Shown in pieces: positions 18,807 to 29,568 of a DNA stretch of 64,000 nucleotides (its first letter is position 1; the number at the start of each line of letters is the position of its first letter). The notes beneath the pieces are model-generated. The model was not told where the DNA came from. It did no database searches and saw only the letters and a list, made by a program, of their open reading frames with translations. Source of the DNA: an uncultured delta proteobacterium (GTDB taxonomy: Bacteria; Desulfobacterota; RBG-13-43-22); the NCBI GenBank assembly GCA_963790475.1, contig CAWBOS010000012.1, positions 1,088,001 through 1,152,000 of the forward strand, read 5' to 3'. A program made the position numbers and the translations under genes.

Positions 18807-19763
18807 TTACAGTTTTTTAAGCACTTCCGGATAACCTTCCACCAGTCTTTGCACCACCTCGCCGGCGCTGATAATCTCTTTTATGAGCCCGGCGGAAGAG
18901 CCGCAATAGGCTTCTCCATTATCCAGATCACCCTCGATTCCTGCCCTCCTGGAAGCGGCATGGCCCATAAAATCCCTGATTTCATCTGTTGTGGCTCCGG
19001 CAGCTTCCATTCCCAAAAGGACCTGGGTGAATTCGGTTGTCTTGAGGCTTCTGGTGGGAATCATTTGGCGGCAGGTGATCACCGTGTCCGTATCACCGGC
19101 CTTGACAATGGCTTCCTTATATCTTTGGCTGGCAATGTTTTCATGTACGGCCACAAATCGGGTTCCCAGTTGAACCCCTTCGGCCCCCAGGGCAAAGGCG
19201 GCGACCATACCCCGGGAATCGGCGATACCGCCGGCGGCAATGACCGGAACGCTTACCGCATCAGCCACCTGCGGGATTAAAGAGAAAAGAGGCAATTCAT
19301 CTAATCCATTTCGGGCTGCCGCTTCAACGCCCTCGGCGATGAGGGCATCAACACCGGCCGATTCAGCAACCTTGGCCTGTTTGACCGAACTGATGACATG
19401 GAGAACCCTGGATTTACCGCTTTGCAATAATTCCGTGTAAAGCCGGGGATCGCCGGCCGCGGTAACTACGACTTTGATCTTGTTCGTTAGAATAAGGTCC
19501 AGGAGAAGTCCGCAGTCTCTGAGATCCAGGGGGATATTTACCCCGAAAGGCTTTCGAGTCAAGCCCTTGGCCTTCTTGATCTGGGCGCTCAGATTTTCAA
19601 CCGGATCGTCATGGGGAGGCATACCGGCCATGGGACTGATGACCCCCAGTCCCCCGGCATTGGATACCGCGGCCGCCAGTGAGGCATCGGCCAGCCAGAG
19701 CATTCCACCTTGCAATATGGGATACTTGATGCCCAGGAGTTGACTGACTCTTGTTTTTTTCAT
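18807..19763 (-). CDS. Nitronate monooxygenase/FabK-family flavoprotein
   Basis: YPILQGGM, AAAVSNAGGLG, PFGVN, IAAGGIADSRG, GVQLGTRF motifs. Confidence 0.9.
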   Translation of the reverse strand: MKKTRVSQLLGIKYPILQGGMLWLADASLAAAVSNAGGLGVISPMAGMPPHDDPVENLSAQIKKAKGLTRKPFGVNIPLDLRDCGLLLDLILTNKIKVVVTAAGDPRLYTELLQSGKSRVLHVISSVKQAKVAESAGVDALIAEGVEAAARNGLDELPLFSLIPQVADAVSVPVIAAGGIADSRGMVAAFALGAEGVQLGTRFVAVHENIASQRYKEAIVKAGDTDTVITCRQMIPTRSLKTTEFTQVLLGMEAAGATTDEIRDFMGHAASRRAGIEGDLDNGEAYCGSSAGLIKEIISAGEVVQRLVEGYPEVLKKL

Positions 19764-19918
19764 TTTATTTTTTCGATTTCTTTTGCCACAGACAAGACAG
19801 ACTAAGACGGACGGAAAGGTATGTTCTGATTGACGACCTGTCAATCAGAACCCTGCCGTGAAGGTCTACAGGGGAAAAGGTCTGTCTGAGTCTGTGTGGG
19901 TCCGCGGCAAAAATTATT

Positions 19919-20059
19919 TTAATCCGAGGAAGGTTTCTTTTTGGGCTGTTGAACCTCCATTTCCTTATCACAGCAAATCGGATTACTTTCACTGGCCTTG
20001 GTGCAGAGAATGACGGTTCCGCATTCCTTACATTCGTATCTTTTCCCTAATTGACTCAT
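19919..20059 (-). CDS. 46-aa desulforedoxin-like metal-binding microprotein
   Basis: MSQLGKRYECKECGTVILCTKASESNPICCDKEMEVQQPKKKPSSD; AGGAG RBS; CxxC...CC; below the ORF-track cutoff. Confidence 0.85.
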   Translation of the reverse strand: MSQLGKRYECKECGTVILCTKASESNPICCDKEMEVQQPKKKPSSD

Positions 20060-20069
20060 AGGTTTCTCC

Positions 20070-20189
20070 TTATTTTTTAATTTCCATCGGTTTTCCACAG
20101 CAAATCAATATGCCTTTGCCGCCTTTGGTGACGATATAAGTTGCCCCGCATTTTTCACAGGTATACTTCTTACCGACTTGATTGGCCAT
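20070..20189 (-). CDS. 39-aa desulforedoxin-like metal-binding microprotein
   Basis: MANQVGKKYTCEKCGATYIVTKGGKGILICCGKPMEIKK; AGGAG RBS; YxCxxCG...CCGxPM is the desulforedoxin pattern. Confidence 0.85.
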   Translation of the reverse strand: MANQVGKKYTCEKCGATYIVTKGGKGILICCGKPMEIKK

Positions 20190-20307
20190 AATCGTTTACT
20201 CCTTTTTTCATTCCCTACTTAATCCTAAGTTATTATTTTATCACAATTATTGTGAGAAAGATCAATTGCACAGAATTGTATATAAAATATCAGACTCCGC
20301 TAAAATG

Positions 20308-21873
20308 TCAATTAGGATTTTTTCCATATTTTTCCAGGAGATTCTTCCGGGAAAGCTTTCCCAGGGCGCTCCTGGGTAATTCATCAACAAAGATCACCGA
20401 ACGGGGACGCTTAAAAGAGGCTAGTCTGGTTCTCGAGAATTCAATAATCTCCTCTTCGGAAGCGGTTTCTCCTTCTTCAAGAACGACCAGGGCCCGGGGC
20501 TCCTGACCCCACTCCTCGCTGGGAACTCCGATAACCGCCGCATCTCTAACTTTCGGATGGATAACCAGCACTTCTTCTACCTCCCGGGGGGAGATATTCT
20601 CTCCGCCCCGAATGATCAGGTCATCGGCCCGGCCGGCGAGATAGATATAGCCATCCTCATCCATATAACCCATGTCCGATGTTCGGAGCCATCCGTCCGG
20701 GGTAAAAGCCTGGGCGGTTTTCTCCGCATCCTGCCAGTATCCGCCCATGATACGCGGCCCCCGGGCCACAATCTCCCCGGTAACATTGATCGGTGCCGGA
20801 TTCCCCTTCTCATCAATGATCCTGACCTCTACATCCGGCAGCGCCCGGCCGATGGATGAGGAAAGCCTTTTCAGTTTCTTGGCCTTTTCCTCTTCCGTTC
20901 CGCTGAGATCGTGGTCCTCAGGACCCAAAGTGGCAATGGTCGATCCGGTTTCGGTCTGGCCGAAGGCGTTGATAAAAAAAACACCAGGGAAGGCGGCGAT
21001 GGCTTTTTTGATAACTTCAAAAGGCATAGCCGCCGCTCCATAGGTGATGATTTTAAGACTTGAAAGATCATACTGATTGAAATCGGGAGAATCGATGACC
21101 TGCTTGATCATGGTCGGAACCAGCATGGCCCGGTTGACTTTTTCACGCTGCACGGTTTCCAGCCATTCCTTGACCTCGAATTGCCTCATCAGGATCAAGG
21201 TGCGTCCGCCATAGACCGCCGCCAGAACGGCTTGTATCCCGGCAACATGGTACAAGGGAACCGTGAGAATATTCTTTTCTTCGGTTTCCGGGTCGGCCGG
21301 GTCGACATTGGCCAGGATATAGGAAGAAAAACTTTCATGAGTCAGGGGAACGGCCTTGGGTCGGCCTGTTGTGCCGGAAGTGAACATTAATATGGTAACG
21401 TCATCATCTTCAATTTCGCAGAAATATTCCTCGTCCGAAGCGGAAGCTATCTGCTCTTCGTAATCAAGCATATTCTCCTCAGGCCCGTCTATGGAGATGC
21501 AGGTTTCAAGTCCGGTCAGGTCGGGAAGTATCTCCCGGACCATTTCGATATATCGTTTTCCGATAAAAAGCACCTTTATTTCCGCCCGGTTGATCATATA
21601 GGTCAGTTCATCGGCCCTGGCCCTGAAATTCAAGGGAACGAAGATGGCCCCGGTTTTGGCGGTGGCAAAATAGGTTTCGATATATTGGGGGCAATTGACG
21701 CTCAGCATTCCGACCCTGGTCCCTTTCTCCAATCCCAGGCCGGCGAGGGTTTGAGTCAATTTATTGATCCGATCATTGGCCTGCTCGTAACTCAATCGAT
21801 TTTTCTCGAAGACCATGAAGTCCCGCTCAGGACAAATGGAAACAGCGATATTTAAAAAATCAGTAGTGTTCAT
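20308..21873 (-). CDS. Long-chain acyl-CoA ligase (AMP-binding)
   Basis: FTSGTTGRPK, FGQTE, SDMG..D, GRADDLIIRGGEN motifs. Confidence 0.93.
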   Translation of the reverse strand: MNTTDFLNIAVSICPERDFMVFEKNRLSYEQANDRINKLTQTLAGLGLEKGTRVGMLSVNCPQYIETYFATAKTGAIFVPLNFRARADELTYMINRAEIKVLFIGKRYIEMVREILPDLTGLETCISIDGPEENMLDYEEQIASASDEEYFCEIEDDDVTILMFTSGTTGRPKAVPLTHESFSSYILANVDPADPETEEKNILTVPLYHVAGIQAVLAAVYGGRTLILMRQFEVKEWLETVQREKVNRAMLVPTMIKQVIDSPDFNQYDLSSLKIITYGAAAMPFEVIKKAIAAFPGVFFINAFGQTETGSTIATLGPEDHDLSGTEEEKAKKLKRLSSSIGRALPDVEVRIIDEKGNPAPINVTGEIVARGPRIMGGYWQDAEKTAQAFTPDGWLRTSDMGYMDEDGYIYLAGRADDLIIRGGENISPREVEEVLVIHPKVRDAAVIGVPSEEWGQEPRALVVLEEGETASEEEIIEFSRTRLASFKRPRSVIFVDELPRSALGKLSRKNLLEKYGKNPN

Positions 21874-22000
21874 TTGTTTTCCTTTAATATGAAATTAGCA
21901 TTTTTTAAAAAGGCTTTGGACAACAGGCTATGGGTTTTAATAATTACAACACCTTTAATCTCATTGACTTTGACCTCTGCCTATGGTCTGTGGGAGGCTC

Positions 22001-22753
22001 TTATTTGTTGCCGACCTCCTCAGCATAAAAACCCTGGTGATCCAGTCGCAACGCGAGTCTTCTTTCCAGTTCCAGGCCCTGATCCAGGGAAAGATCCAAT
22101 CCTCGGAGAACAGCCTCCTTGGCGAATCGAATTATCCTGGGGTCATGGGCCGCAATTCGATCGGCTGTTTCCCCGGCTGCGGGAAATAATTGATCCCTGG
22201 TAAGGATCTTGTTTACTAAGCCTATCCGGAGGGCTTCCTCGGCGTCGATCCAGCGGTTGGTCAGCATCATCTCCAGGGCCAATCCGTTTCCGATCGCGCG
22301 GGGTACGGTCTGGGTCCCACCCGCCGCCGGTATGATCCCCAGACCGACTTCGGGCAGGCCGAATTTGGCGTCATCGGAGACCAAGACCAGATCACAACAC
22401 AGGGCGATCTCGATACCCGAGCCCAGGCAATAGCCGTGGACAGCGGCAATCAGGGGCTGGGGCATCCGGGTAAAAAGATTCCAGAGATCGGCGTCAAAGC
22501 GTACTTCCCGGGCCGCGGTCGGGGGAGGCGCGGTCAAAAATTCCTTCAGATCGGCTCCCGCGCAAAAGGCCTTTTCCCCCGCCCCCTTGAAAAGAACCAC
22601 CCTGATCTCATCATCTTCCCGAATGGCGCTGAGCACATCAAATAAATCGTCCCGCATAGCCATATTGTGGATATTCAACACCTCCGGACGGTTCAGGGTA
22701 ACCCCCGCAATCCTGCCTGTTTTTTCGAAGATCAGGGTCTCGAAATCGTTCAT
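22001..22753 (-). CDS. Enoyl-CoA hydratase/isomerase
   Basis: TLNRPE, FCAGADLKE, GSGIEIAL, GLPEVGLG motifs. Confidence 0.92.
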   Translation of the reverse strand: MNDFETLIFEKTGRIAGVTLNRPEVLNIHNMAMRDDLFDVLSAIREDDEIRVVLFKGAGEKAFCAGADLKEFLTAPPPTAAREVRFDADLWNLFTRMPQPLIAAVHGYCLGSGIEIALCCDLVLVSDDAKFGLPEVGLGIIPAAGGTQTVPRAIGNGLALEMMLTNRWIDAEEALRIGLVNKILTRDQLFPAAGETADRIAAHDPRIIRFAKEAVLRGLDLSLDQGLELERRLALRLDHQGFYAEEVGNK

Positions 22754-23520
22754 TTTCCCTCGAATGCCGGATTTCTTTTTTCTCGAAAAGCCTTAATTCC
22801 CTCCTGCCGGTCCTGGGTGGTATGGAGCAGAAAGTACAGATCTGCTTCCAATCTTAGTCCCTGTTCCAGGGTCATGTCCATCCCTTTCATAACCGCTTCC
22901 TTGGCGTACCATAAGGCTACCGGCCCTTTGGCCGACAGCTCTGCCGCCAGCATCAAAGCCGAAGGCATCAGCTCATTCTGTGGAAAAACACGGTTGATCA
23001 GCCCGATGCGGTTTGCCTCTTGAGAATTGACCTTCAAACCGCTAAGAATCATCTCCAATGCCTTGGTCCGTCCCACCAGGCGCGGCAGCCGCTGGGTACC
23101 TCCATCAAAGGGGATCTCATTACTGCTTATTTGGGACATGGAGAAATGAGACTGATCGGAAGAAATTCTTATATCACAGGCCAGAGCCAGTTCCAGTCCC
23201 TGGCCATAAGCGTTTCCCCGGATTGCGGCAATGGTCGGCTGGGTCAAGGAATAGATGTGAGAAGTCAATGACAGATTGTTGATCAGGTCTTCTCTTTGAT
23301 CGAATAATCTATAGGCCTCAGGATCAGTCCCGATAGAAAAATCCAAACCATTTCCCGTAATCAAGAAGACGGTTATCCCGCTGTCCCACCCGATCCCGGC
23401 CCGGATGGCCTTCAGGTTCGAGGCCATCTCCACTGTGATCGCGTTTTTATATTCAGGCCGGTTGAGGGTGATGATGCCTATGGGACCTCTTTTTTCAAAA
23501 AGAACTGTCTTTTCGTTCAT
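22750..23520 (-). CDS. Enoyl-CoA hydratase/isomerase family protein (divergent)
   Basis: TLNRPE, GQGLELALACD, GGTQRLPR, AFREKR; the second catalytic Glu appears replaced (MSQI). Confidence 0.88.
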   Translation of the reverse strand: MNEKTVLFEKRGPIGIITLNRPEYKNAITVEMASNLKAIRAGIGWDSGITVFLITGNGLDFSIGTDPEAYRLFDQREDLINNLSLTSHIYSLTQPTIAAIRGNAYGQGLELALACDIRISSDQSHFSMSQISSNEIPFDGGTQRLPRLVGRTKALEMILSGLKVNSQEANRIGLINRVFPQNELMPSALMLAAELSAKGPVALWYAKEAVMKGMDMTLEQGLRLEADLYFLLHTTQDRQEGIKAFREKRNPAFEGK

Positions 23521-23552
23521 GGCCTAATCCCATTTCAAAGACATACAAGAAG

Positions 23553-24707
23553 TTATTTCTTTAACAGATGGATGATGCACACGCCCCCTGCTCCGACCAT
23601 ATGGGCCAAAGCCCAATTGACGGGTTTTTTAATCTGACGTTTTCCGCATTCCCTCCGCATCTGCCACAAGATCTCGGCCACCTGACCCACACCCGTCGGT
23701 CCTAGGGGATGCCCCATGGAAATAAGGCCGCCGCTGCTGTTGATCGGATATTTGCCGGCAAGGGAAGTTGCTCCGTCTTCGATCAGCAGGCCCCCTTCAC
23801 CCTCAGGGCACAAACCAAGGGCTTCGGAGTAGATGATCTCTTCGATGGTAAAGGCATCGTGCATCTCGATCAGGTCCAGATCTTCCGGACCTATCCCGGC
23901 CTTATCATAGGCAATTCGAGCGGAAGTCTTGGTAATATTGAATAAGAAATCCCCATCAGGAGGGGTACTTTTGAGAACCGAGGCCACAATAGACGGACAT
24001 AATTTATCTGTAAATTTTTTAACCAGTTCTTTGGCACAGACGATAACCGCCGCAGCCCCTTCATCCCAGGGACAACAATGCAATACCGTTAACGGATCAG
24101 CGACCATCCGGGCGGCATTGACCTCTTCCAGAGTGACGGCCTTCTGAAAGTGGGCATAGGGATTCAGACTGGCGTTGTAATGACTCTTGACCGAGACCTG
24201 TCCCAACTGGTCCCGGGTTATGCCGTGTTCCTGCATATAATACTGGGCCAGGGCGGCGAAATTAACGACCGGGAGGCGCCTTAAGGAGTCGGTTTCTTTA
24301 TTCTCTTGCTTTACCTGCGAGGTTCCCTTATTTGATGACGATCTCATGAAAGGAATGTTTAATTTATGGACACCAAAGGCCAAAACAATATCGTTGGCTC
24401 CGGAGGCGACCGAAAGAAAGGCCTCCCGGAAGGCCGAGGAGCCACTGGCCGAGGCATTCTCGACGTTGGTAATCCCCAGACCGGTCAGGCCCATCTTATT
24501 ACATATTTGATGCCCCGTGGAGATACCCGGCTGAACTGTGCCGCAGTAGGCTTCCTCGATATCTTTCCATTCCATATGGGCATCTTTAAGCGCGTTCTTA
24601 ATCGCTTCGGTACCGAAGTCGATTATCGATTCGTCCGGAAAAATACCGTAACGATGAAGCCCGGCTCCGATAACAACTACATCTCGCACAGCAACAATCC
24701 TTTCCAA
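23553..24707 (-). CDS. SCP2-type thiolase family protein
   Basis: NVENASASGS (Cys replaced by Ser), EMHDAF, GGLISMGHPLGPTG motifs. Confidence 0.88.
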   Translation of the reverse strand: MERIVAVRDVVVIGAGLHRYGIFPDESIIDFGTEAIKNALKDAHMEWKDIEEAYCGTVQPGISTGHQICNKMGLTGLGITNVENASASGSSAFREAFLSVASGANDIVLAFGVHKLNIPFMRSSSNKGTSQVKQENKETDSLRRLPVVNFAALAQYYMQEHGITRDQLGQVSVKSHYNASLNPYAHFQKAVTLEEVNAARMVADPLTVLHCCPWDEGAAAVIVCAKELVKKFTDKLCPSIVASVLKSTPPDGDFLFNITKTSARIAYDKAGIGPEDLDLIEMHDAFTIEEIIYSEALGLCPEGEGGLLIEDGATSLAGKYPINSSGGLISMGHPLGPTGVGQVAEILWQMRRECGKRQIKKPVNWALAHMVGAGGVCIIHLLKK

Positions 24708-24879
24708 TTAATTTCCAACAGGATAGACAAATCTTGAAAAAAAACCAAGGCAAAAAAGTTCAACTTACTTATTCAATGATAATGGGATCTTATATGATGC
24801 TCAGGGAAAGGTTGTTAAGATATCGTTAGTTTTCTGTCAAATCTTATATGAAAGGGGGGATGGGGCAACAAGAAATAAA

Positions 24880-24908
24880 TTGACAGGATATCGGATTTTA
24901 CATAAAAT
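24880..24908 (+). promoter_or_regulatory. Sigma70-like promoter
   Basis: TTGACA-17 nt-TAAAAT upstream of the zinc-ribbon gene. Confidence 0.6.
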
Positions 24909-24940
24909 TTATCCACAAAAAAACAGCAGTTAAAAAAACC

Positions 24941-25276
24941 ATGCCGATTTATGAATATGAATGCAGTGCCTGCGGGGCACTGGTCAGTATCCTGGTCAAT
25001 AGACACGAAGACCCCCAGGGATTGGCTTGTGATGCCTGCGGGTCGAAGGTGCTTAAGCGGATCATTTCCCAGGTCAATTTTCACCTACCTCAGGGGGATC
25101 GTCTTTCCTCCTATTCTCCCAACAACGAAAGAAACGAAAGCTATTACCGGGATTCCAGAAATATCGGGCTCCGGGCCGAACAGATGCTCAAAAAGGCCGG
25201 GGTGGACCCGGGAGAAGCCTTCAAGTCCAAGCTCGACAACCTTCGCTCTGATCCCTCCAAGGTCTTCAAGGACTGA
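24941..25276 (+). CDS. FmdB-family zinc-ribbon protein
   Basis: MPIYEYECSACG...CDACGS..LKRIIS. Confidence 0.88.
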   Translation: MPIYEYECSACGALVSILVNRHEDPQGLACDACGSKVLKRIISQVNFHLPQGDRLSSYSPNNERNESYYRDSRNIGLRAEQMLKKAGVDPGEAFKSKLDNLRSDPSKVFKD

Positions 25277-25585
25277 ATCGGGGTATTATTTTTCAAACTG
25301 AGAACGCAATATGAAAGATCACGGGATTTCGTTAAATCAGCATTATCCTTATATTCAATTAGATTGCTCTATATTGAGGAATTGTGTGCTCTGCGTTCAA
25401 AATCACCCGGAGCATAAAAGACATATCCCGGAGTGCTTCCAAAATATTCTTCGACCGGCAGTGCAAAGTCTGGCCCGACATATGGAGTTTGAATCAAAGG
25501 AGGAGAGGCCTGAGCCGGGTTCCAGGTCAAAGGAACACCAAGATCAAATACTTTCCGAGTCTATTGCCCGCCATCGGAAATCGAA

Positions 25586-26804
25586 ATGAGCGCAATCAGC
25601 AAGAACGGGAAGGCGCTCGAAGGGATCAAGGTTCTAGATCTAAGCCGTCACATCTCCGGTCCTTATTGTACTAAACTCCTGGGGTCCCTGGGGGCCGAAG
25701 TCATCAAGGCGGAACCGCCGGGGCAGGGTGATGAGGCCCGGCATATCGGACCCTTCCGGGAAGACCGGCCCCATCCTGAAAGCAGCGCCCTTTTTCTTTA
25801 CCTCAATACCGGGAAAAAGGGAATTACGCTTAATCTGGAAAAGCCCTCCGGTCAGAACCTGTTGAAGCTTCTGGTCAAGGACACGGATGTACTGGTTGAA
25901 AATTTCAGGCCTGGTTATCTCGACGGTCTGGGACTTGGGTATGAGACCCTTCATGCCATCCAACCGGAACTGATTATGGCCTCTATCACCGATTTTGGAA
26001 AAGACGGCCCTTACCGTGATTTTAAGGGCGGTCGTTTGGTGGGAAATGCCTTGAGCGGGTATCTGTTTGTCAACGGAGATCCGGACCGTGAACCTCTGGC
26101 CGGCGGAGGTGAACAACCGGCCTATCAGGGTGGTTTACATGCCTTCACGGGAATCATGGCCGCCCTGATTGCCAGACAGCGTACCGGCCAGGGACAGCAT
26201 ATCGACATCTCGATCATGGAATGTATGGCCTCACTGCATCAGTTTACCGTCAATCGGTATGTCTATTCGGGAAAGATTCAGAAGAGGGCCGGTAACCGTT
26301 ACCTTTGGAGTCATCCCATCGCCATTTACCCCTGCCGGGATGGACAGGTCTCTATCTCCGCCAGCACGGAAGATCAGGCCGAGAGACTTCTATTACTGAT
26401 GGAGATGCCTCATCTCCTGGAGGATCCCCGTTTTGTAAACGGTTTCCAGCGATTGATTCATGCCGAGAAATTTGACGAACTGGTCAGACCCTGGTTTCTC
26501 CAAAGGACCAAAAAGGAGATTGTCGAATCCTGCCAGGAATGGCGGGTTCCGGCCGCCCCGGTTAATGATGTATCTGATCTGCTTAAAGACAAACAATATG
26601 AAGCCAGGGAGTTTTGGCAGGAACTGGATCATCCCTTGGCGGGCAGGCTTCCTTATGCCGGTCCTCCCTTCAAGATGTCGGAAACACCGGCCCGAGTATC
26701 AGCGTGCCCCTTTGCTCGGAGAGCATAATGAAGAAATATATATGAGCCGCTTGGGTTTGACCCGCGCGGAAATGACAGCAATGAAACAGGAAGAGGTTAT
26801 TTAG
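25586..26804 (+). CDS. Family III CoA-transferase (CaiB/BaiF); +1 frameshift near 26692
   Basis: LEGIKVLDLS, LGAEVIK, ENFRPG; conserved C-terminus APLLGEHN lies in another frame ending at 26804. Confidence 0.85.
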
Positions 26805-26915
26805 AAAGAAATTTCGAATATTGAATGTCGGATATCAAATTTCGAATCATGAAAGATTTTGAATTTCCTTTCGGGATTTGATGAAGGTTTATTTCAAGAA
26901 GTCAGGAGGATGTAG

Positions 26916-28306
26916 ATGGTCAAAAAAGCAATTTATTCCGGTTTTTATTTTGATGTTGTTGGGTCACTTTTTTTCTGTCCCTCTTCAGGCCGGAACCGTT
27001 CCTAATCCGGAGGATGTTTACCGGATCGGTTTGCGGGCTTATATTTATGGCTATCCGTTGGTCCTTATGGAAAAGACCCGCCAGGTTTCTATTCAACGGT
27101 TCCCGATGAACCGTTTCAGTCCACGCCGTCGCTTTCCCTCCGGCTACAGCCAGGACGGTAGTCAGACCCAATATCGATACCTTGTATTCCAGTGCCTGGC
27201 TTGATTTGTCCCCGGAACCGATCATCCTGTCCGTCCCGGATACCGGGGGACGCTATTATCTGGTTCAGGTTATGGATGCCTGGACTGAGACCATCGCCGT
27301 ACCGGGCAAAAGGACCACCGGCACCCAGGCCGGGCATTTTGCTATTATTGGGCCGAATTGGAAGGGATCCCTCCCGTCCAATATGCCGGTGATAAAATCT
27401 TCGACCAATCTGGTCTGGGTTCTCGGGCGCACTCAAACCAACACCTCGGCCGACTATACCAATGTCCACACTATTCAAAAGGGCTTCAATCTGGTTCCCT
27501 TGAGTGCCTGGGGCCGTGCTGAGACCTCAATGCCTTCACCGGCGGTTGTTCCGCCCCGCATGGGGGACAACAGTCTGACGCCCCCGGCACAGGTTGCCAG
27601 AATGGACGCTGATACTTTTTTTAAGACTTTCACCGCCTTGCTCAGGGACAATCCGCCCCATGTTGAAGATGCCCCTTTGGTGGCCGAACTCAAAACCATC
27701 GGCATTATTCCCGGGCAACCTTTCGATCCCTCCAAGCTTGATCCCGAGGCCATCCGAGCCCTCGATCGCGCGGTTCGGGATGCCAGGGAAAAAATCATTA
27801 GTCAAATCAGGATGACCGGTATTGTCCGGAAGGCTTGGGGTGTTAACCTCAATATCGGCCGTTACGGGACGGACTACCTGACCCGGGCGGTAATCGCTTT
27901 GGGCGGGTTGGGAGCGCTCCCGCCTGAAGATGCCATCTATACCGGTACGGCCATGGATAATTCAGGCCAACCGCTTGCCGGCGGTAATCGATATGTGCTT
28001 CACTTCGACAAGACCGGCTTCCCACCGGTAAATGCTTTTTGGTCGGTCACCCTTTACAATAGTGAGGGATATTTCGTTCCCAATCCCATCAACCGTTTTG
28101 GGCTCGGAGACCGGGACCCCCTGCGATATAACAGTGACGGATCGTTGGACCTTTATATCCAGCGAGACAGACCGGCAAAAGAGTTGGAGGCCAACTGGCT
28201 CCCGGCTCCGGATGGTGCTTTCAATCTATCCCTGCGTATGTACTGGCCGAAGCCGGAAGTATTAGCCGGGCAGTGGACACCTCCGGTGATTCGGCGTGTC
28301 GAGTAG
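26916..28306 (+). CDS. DUF1254/DUF1214 exported protein; two +1 frameshifts (A-run 26922-26927, 27121)
   Basis: AYIYGYPLV, VRPNIDTLYSSAWLDL, FWSVTLY, NWLPAP, LRMYWP motifs split over frames; AGGAGG RBS before ATG at 26916. Confidence 0.82.
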
Positions 28307-28385
28307 CCGTTTATCCATCCTCCCTCTGTTCCCGGATGAATTCTAAAAAAAGGGAGATGGCCTGAGCTTGATCAGCAGACGCTTA

Positions 28386-29351
28386 CTAGCTTTTTGAGCT
28401 TCCTTTGTGTCCGACCCGCGGGTCATAGACCGCGATGGAGGACTCGTAGGCTTCCAGTTTTTCCGCAGGCAGGTACTTTTTTTCCCACTCGACTACTTTG
28501 GGGAAACCGGCCAGGTCAAAGGTCCCGAACCCGCCCATGGGGTGATCGGCTGTCTTTCGCCTGAAGTCGACATAAGCTTCCATGCCCCGTTCTTTAAACT
28601 CCATCAAAAGATCATACATGGCTACGGACCCTACATGAGCAAGTTGAATTCCCGACATGCAAAGGCCCAGATCAATCAGACCCTGTTCGGTCCTTGGCAT
28701 TGGCACGTGCTGAGTGGTGACCATCAACAGGGAATCCCCCATGGCTTTACGTACCGCTTTGATTTCATCCAGGGATTGCAAAGCCTCCACATAAAGTATA
28801 TCCACCCCGGCATCCAGATAAGCCCGGCCTCGTCGAATGGCTTCTTCCAGACTGCCCCCCACAGCGCCCCGCCCATCAGTCCTGGCCATGATAATGAAAT
28901 CCGGATCCATCTCATCCCTAACGTCCAGGGCGGCCCGATATTTGCCCACGGCCTCTTCCAAGGGAATCAATTCCTTGCCCTTGACATGGCCGCATCGTTT
29001 AGGGGCCAATTGGTCCTCGATAAAGAGTCCTGCCGCTCCGGCTCGAATAATCGATTGCACTGTACGACGGACATTGATGGCGTTTCCGAATCCCGTATCA
29101 CAGTCCACTATCACGGGGATATTGACGGATTGGCAGACCCGTTCGGCATTTTCCACCAATTCGGTCATAGTCATGAATCCGGCATCGGGAAGCCCAAGTA
29201 TTTGCATACTCACGTTGGCCCCGGAGATGCCTACGACCTTAAATCCGGTTTTTTCAGCCAACTGGGCCTGGTGGGCGGTGCCGACCCAAATGGCCGTGAC
29301 CAATTTATCGTTTTTAAAAAGCTCTCTTAAGATGGTGCTCTTTTTATTCAT
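28386..29351 (-). CDS. Isocitrate lyase/PEP mutase family lyase (methylisocitrate/dimethylmalate lyase-like)
   Basis: GLPDAG, DCDTGFG, IEDQ..PKRCGH, ARTD motifs. Confidence 0.9.
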   Translation of the reverse strand: MNKKSTILRELFKNDKLVTAIWVGTAHQAQLAEKTGFKVVGISGANVSMQILGLPDAGFMTMTELVENAERVCQSVNIPVIVDCDTGFGNAINVRRTVQSIIRAGAAGLFIEDQLAPKRCGHVKGKELIPLEEAVGKYRAALDVRDEMDPDFIIMARTDGRGAVGGSLEEAIRRGRAYLDAGVDILYVEALQSLDEIKAVRKAMGDSLLMVTTQHVPMPRTEQGLIDLGLCMSGIQLAHVGSVAMYDLLMEFKERGMEAYVDFRRKTADHPMGGFGTFDLAGFPKVVEWEKKYLPAEKLEAYESSIAVYDPRVGHKGSSKS

Positions 29352-29369
29352 GATGTTTCCCCTTCCCTA

Positions 29370-29526
29370 ACAGGTTGCTGAAAAAGGCCCATCAATCCCG
29401 CCTACGGGATTCCCCTCATTCCTCCCCGGCTTTCGCCGGGGCAGGCTTATTACGACGTACTTCTGCATACGCCTCATTCCTCGGAATTTCGGGCGCCTTG
29501 TATCTGAACCTTTTTGAGCAACCTGT
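29370..29526. repeat. MITE-like intergenic repeat, copy 1
   Basis: TIR ACAGGTTGCTGAAAAAGG / CCTTTTTGAGCAACCTGT; body TACGCCTCATTCCTC..GCCTTG.ATCTG shared with 41592-41712. Confidence 0.75.
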
Positions 29527-29568
29527 AACATGCAGTTCTTCCGCATCCAATTAAGGTTTATCCCGTCA

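Noticed and set aside
19780-19910. Short low-complexity palindromic tracts (also near 1-80, 26810, 35515, 55060, 59920)
   Set aside because: Generic REP-like intergenic sequences with no regular spacing or array structure.
25311-25589. 92-aa ORF between the zinc-ribbon gene and the CoA-transferase
   Set aside because: No recognisable motif; cannot be supported.
28407-29330. 307-aa antisense ORF
   Set aside because: Mirror frame of the ICL-family lyase; no motifs.
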